64,000 nt of DNA from Gemmatimonadota bacterium (lineage in GTDB: Bacteria; JBHIER01; G020348925). Where the stretch lies: positions 4,897,775 through 4,961,774 of the forward strand of contig CP070758.1 in NCBI GenBank assembly GCA_020348925.1. The letters run 5' to 3'. The notes below the pieces were generated by a model that did not search any database, was not told the DNA's origin, and saw only the letters and a list, made by a program, of their open reading frames with translations. Every line of letters starts with the position of its first letter. Position 1 is the first letter of the stretch. This document shows positions 60,647 to 64,000 of the stretch, piece after piece. The position numbers and the translations under genes were made by a program.

Positions 60647-61228
60647 TTATAGTTTCACCAAACCTGTGAAACCGAGAAAGACAATAGCCAACAGACCGGC
60701 GACAACCAAAGCAATCGGTGTACCCTTCAGCGGCCCCGGCACGTCGGCAAACTCCAGTCGCTCACGAATGCCGGACATGATGATGAGAGCCAGGGTAAAT
60801 CCAATCCCCGCTCCCACGGCAAAAACAATACTTCTGATGAAATCGTAATCCTTGATGACATTGAGCAGCGCCAGCCCCATAATGGCGCAGTTCGTGGTGA
60901 TCAGGGGGAGATAAATTCCCAGGGCTTTATAGAGTGCCGGACTCACTTTGCGCAGAAAGGTCTCCACCAACTGAACCAAGGAGGCGATTATGAGTATGAA
61001 CGAGACGATCTGGAGGAACTCGAGACGGAGGGGAATGAGAACGAAGTGGTACACAAGATACGTCCCCACGGCGGCCAGTGTCATAACGAAGATGACGGCC
61101 ATACCCATCCCGAAGGCCGTATCCGTCTTCTTGGATACGCCCAGAAAGGGACAAATGCCCAGAAACCTCGCCAGGACAAAGTTGTTGACCAGGGCCGCGC
61201 CTATAAAAATGACAGCCAATTCCGCCAC
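60647..61228 (-). CDS. rnfA: Rnf subunit A
   Basis: FLGICPFLGVS, LPLITTNC. Confidence 0.95.
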   Translation of the reverse strand: MAELAVIFIGAALVNNFVLARFLGICPFLGVSKKTDTAFGMGMAVIFVMTLAAVGTYLVYHFVLIPLRLEFLQIVSFILIIASLVQLVETFLRKVSPALYKALGIYLPLITTNCAIMGLALLNVIKDYDFIRSIVFAVGAGIGFTLALIIMSGIRERLEFADVPGPLKGTPIALVVAGLLAIVFLGFTGLVKL

Positions 61229-61230
61229 AA

Positions 61231-61827
61231 TCAGCCCTCCTCCGTCTTCGTCAATTTGTTCATCAATGCCAACAGGAGTCCCAAAGCAAGAAATGCCCCG
61301 GGTGGAAGAATCATGATGAGAGCCGGCTCGAAGCCGGCCCCGAATAGCCCTATCCCAAAAATCGTTCCGTACCCGAATATCTCCCTCACGGCCCCGAGAA
61401 TAATGAGAGCCAGGGTGAACCCAATCCCCATGCCCAAGCCATCAATAAAGGAACGGAAGATGGGTCGTTTGGAGGCAAAAGCCTCGGCCCGGCCGAGGAT
61501 GATGCAGTTGACTACAATGAGCGGGACAAAGAGACCGAGCACGCGATGGAGCTCGAGAAAGAAGGCGTGCATGGTCATATCGATGATGGTCACAAAGGAC
61601 GCAATGACGACGATGAACACAGGGATCCGGACACGGGCAGGGATAAGATTGCGCAGGCATGAGATAACCACGTTCGATCCCAGGAGCACAGCCGTGGCCG
61701 CCAGACCCATGGCCAGGCCGTTCATGGCCTCGTTGGTCACTGCCAGGGCCGGACACAAGCCCAAAACGAGACGCAGCAGCGGATTCTCGTCAATAATGCC
61801 CTTGTTGAAATCTCTCCACAGACTCAT
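61231..61827 (-). CDS. rnfE: Rnf subunit E
   Basis: LGLCPALAV, PLIVVNC..LGRAE, PPGAF. Confidence 0.95.
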   Translation of the reverse strand: MSLWRDFNKGIIDENPLLRLVLGLCPALAVTNEAMNGLAMGLAATAVLLGSNVVISCLRNLIPARVRIPVFIVVIASFVTIIDMTMHAFFLELHRVLGLFVPLIVVNCIILGRAEAFASKRPIFRSFIDGLGMGIGFTLALIILGAVREIFGYGTIFGIGLFGAGFEPALIMILPPGAFLALGLLLALMNKLTKTEEG

Positions 61828-62474
61828 AGTGAAACCTTTTCCTTGTCGGTTTCTCCCTCCGGGGCAGAAGGCTCGCCGATGAGTTCGGCCCGGAAACGCT
61901 TGAACAGCTGCAGGCCCACACTCACGGCCCTGGCCACCCCTCTCGGAGAAATTGTGGCCCCCGAAATGGAAGCAATGTCACCCCCATCCTTATCCACGGC
62001 CAGATTTCCTGCAACCAGTTTGGAGTTTTCCAGTGATTTCCCTTGAAGCGTTCGGGTGAAACTGGGCTTCTCAATATTTGCCCCGAGTCCGGGTGTCTCA
62101 AAATGGCCGGTGAGAATAAAGATCCCACTGATCTTGCCTTCCGTATCAATACCCATCATGACATGAATAAACCCGCCGTACCCCTCTCCTGCCCGGGAGA
62201 AGGCAACCCCCGTAATGCGATCTCCCTCTTTCCCGAGATACACTTCCAGACTGTCCGGATAGCCTTTGCTGTCCGCACCAATGTATATCTTTCTCTTGTC
62301 CTGGATAGGATCGTTGTCAAAGCCCGGCGGCAGCACCGAGCGAATGGCCTTCATCGTAGCCATCCACTCCTGCTGCGCAATGCGATCGGCCGTCAGAAAA
62401 TTTACCAGAGACAGGGCCACAGCCGCACCGATACAGACAAGGGTCAATGTGGCAATCAATGGTGTTAATTTCAC
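61824..62474 (-). CDS. rnfG: Rnf subunit G
   Basis: GYGG, ETPGLG, ISGATIS FMN site. Confidence 0.93.
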   Translation of the reverse strand: MKLTPLIATLTLVCIGAAVALSLVNFLTADRIAQQEWMATMKAIRSVLPPGFDNDPIQDKRKIYIGADSKGYPDSLEVYLGKEGDRITGVAFSRAGEGYGGFIHVMMGIDTEGKISGIFILTGHFETPGLGANIEKPSFTRTLQGKSLENSKLVAGNLAVDKDGGDIASISGATISPRGVARAVSVGLQLFKRFRAELIGEPSAPEGETDKEKVSL

Positions 62475-62489
62475 GAAGATCTCCTCAAT

Positions 62490-63623
62490 CTATGCCCCGA
62501 ACCGTCTCGGTTTCGTCCACCTGTCGATCAGGGGTGTAAAGGCATTCATGAACAATATCGAATATGAGACTCCCTCAGGATAGCCCCCCCAGAGGCGAAT
62601 CACTACCGTCAGAACTCCACACCCGAGGCCGAAGATGTATCGTCCCTTGACCGTCACCGGCGTCGTGACCATGTCCGTCGCCATAAAAAAGGCACCGAGG
62701 ATGAGTCCTCCGGCGAGAATATGGAAGAGAGGATCGCCACTGAAGGCACCGCCTGTGCCCCCTAAGATCCACGTCAACAGGGCTACGGTGGCAATATAAA
62801 AGAGCGGTATTCGCCAATCAATGAATTTTTTGTAGAGAAGATAGCCGGCCCCTAAAAGGAGCAGAATAACCGACGTTTCACCGATGCACCCGCTCACATT
62901 CCCCCAGAAAAGATTTCCGTAGGTCGTCGAAAGATGTTCGATGGCCTCTTTGGCCTGAGCCATTTTCTCGACTGTCGCAGCCGGGTCGGCCAAAATCCGG
63001 TGGGCCTCCTGCAGGACACCCAAGGGAGTAGCCTTGGTGACGGTATCGAAGCCGGTCATCGTGCCCGTAATGGTCGGTGTCCAGTCGGTCGTCATGTGGG
63101 CCGGCCAGGAAGCCAGCAGAAAAGCCCGACCCAGTAAGGCCGGGTTCAGTGGATTGTATCCCAGACCACCGAACACCATCTTACCGATGGCAATGGCAAA
63201 GACCGATCCCACAATGGGCATCCACATGGGCACCCCACCGGGCAGATTGAAAGATAGAAGCATACCGGTAATAATGGCACTCCCGTCGGAGACCGTGATC
63301 GGACGGTGCATCACTTTCTGCATAAGCGCCTCGGCTACGACGGACGTGACGACAGCAATCAGAATCAGCCACAGGGCTCGAGCACCAAAGAAGTAGACCG
63401 CCCCGATCAAAGCCGGCAGGAGCGCGATGACGACCGAGTACATAATTCTCGGAACCGAGACGTCATCCCTGATGTGAGGCGACGCGGAAACAAAAAGAAG
63501 GCCGGGTTTCGCCTCTACATCCTCCTCAACCTTAGCCTTAGCCTCAGCCTTTATTTCCTCAGACGCCCTCTTCCCCTCAAAGTCCAGTTCGCTCTGAGGA
63601 CTTTTCTTTTCGTCCTCTCTCAT
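62490..63623 (-). CDS. rnfD: Rnf subunit D
   Basis: SPH, FGGLG.N..NPA, ATPL, G.IGETS, FMATD, YPEG; true start taken as MREDEKK at 63623. Confidence 0.94.
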   Translation of the reverse strand: MREDEKKSPQSELDFEGKRASEEIKAEAKAKVEEDVEAKPGLLFVSASPHIRDDVSVPRIMYSVVIALLPALIGAVYFFGARALWLILIAVVTSVVAEALMQKVMHRPITVSDGSAIITGMLLSFNLPGGVPMWMPIVGSVFAIAIGKMVFGGLGYNPLNPALLGRAFLLASWPAHMTTDWTPTITGTMTGFDTVTKATPLGVLQEAHRILADPAATVEKMAQAKEAIEHLSTTYGNLFWGNVSGCIGETSVILLLLGAGYLLYKKFIDWRIPLFYIATVALLTWILGGTGGAFSGDPLFHILAGGLILGAFFMATDMVTTPVTVKGRYIFGLGCGVLTVVIRLWGGYPEGVSYSILFMNAFTPLIDRWTKPRRFGA

Positions 63624-64000
63624 TATCCGGTTACTCTCTCCATGGCCACAATCTCGGCCTTCCCGTACTTGAACGCGTGGACGAGATTGATCTTCGATGG
63701 ACACACAAAGGCACAGCACCCGCATTCGATGCAGTCCTGAACGCCGCTCGCCTTTGCCTCCTCGAAGCGCTTTTTCTCGACCAGTTTCCCCAAGACCGTC
63801 GGTACCAGTTTCATGGGACACGCATCCACACATCTGGCACACGAAATACAGCTCAGCGCACTCCCGATGGAGGCCGACCTCTCATCAACGACGAGGATGC
63901 CCGATGTTCCTTTGATGACCGGGACGTCATCCCGGTCCTGAGCCAACCCCATCATTGGGCCACCCATGACAAGTTTGCCGACCTCACCCCTGTAACCGCC
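63623..64000 (-). CDS. rnfC: Rnf subunit C (3' part)
   Basis: GGPMMG, CISCARC...CP, CIECGCC..VCP. Confidence 0.94.
   Translation of the reverse strand, partial: GGYRGEVGKLVMGGPMMGLAQDRDDVPVIKGTSGILVVDERSASIGSALSCISCARCVDACPMKLVPTVLGKLVEKKRFEEAKASGVQDCIECGCCAFVCPSKINLVHAFKYGKAEIVAMERVTG

Noticed and set aside
62490-63842. 450-aa RnfD with Cys-rich N-terminal extension
   Set aside because: The extension is an alternative frame of rnfC; the ATG at 63623 overlapping the rnfC stop is the plausible start.

Overview
Gapped scaffold with five 100-N gaps (5709-5808, 25382-25481, 29487-29586, 38440-38539, 54559-54658), so adjacency across them is unproven. It comes from an anaerobic, probably diderm bacterium (FCB-group-like gene content; inference). 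From left to right: (1) the right end of an AT-rich island integrated at tRNA-Asp by a large serine recombinase whose C-terminus is encoded antisense to the tRNA, carrying IS4, an IS1380 remnant and an attC-like site in front of an S41 peptidase. (2) A ~14-kb minus-strand redox cluster with a Rieske/cytochrome b pair coupled to an octaheme HAO-family cytochrome, behind an FNR/HcpR-like box at -41.5. (3) Secreted proteins. (4) A toxin-antitoxin array in which each unit has the same structured, promoter-bearing leader. (5) Housekeeping and regulatory genes: uvrA-plsY-cdaA, DUF4175, ECF sigma plus partner-switching module, fur-feoAB, sigma54 two-component system with GDH. (6) A repeat-rich patch with a hydrolase gene between 47-bp direct repeats and a Y1 (HUH) transposase with ~40-bp inverted repeats. 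(7) putP-like transporter, tatC and rnfCDGEAB. The best novelty candidates are the repeat/Y1-transposase-linked cassette system and the bc-HAO module. All family assignments come from motif recognition by eye; no searches were run.
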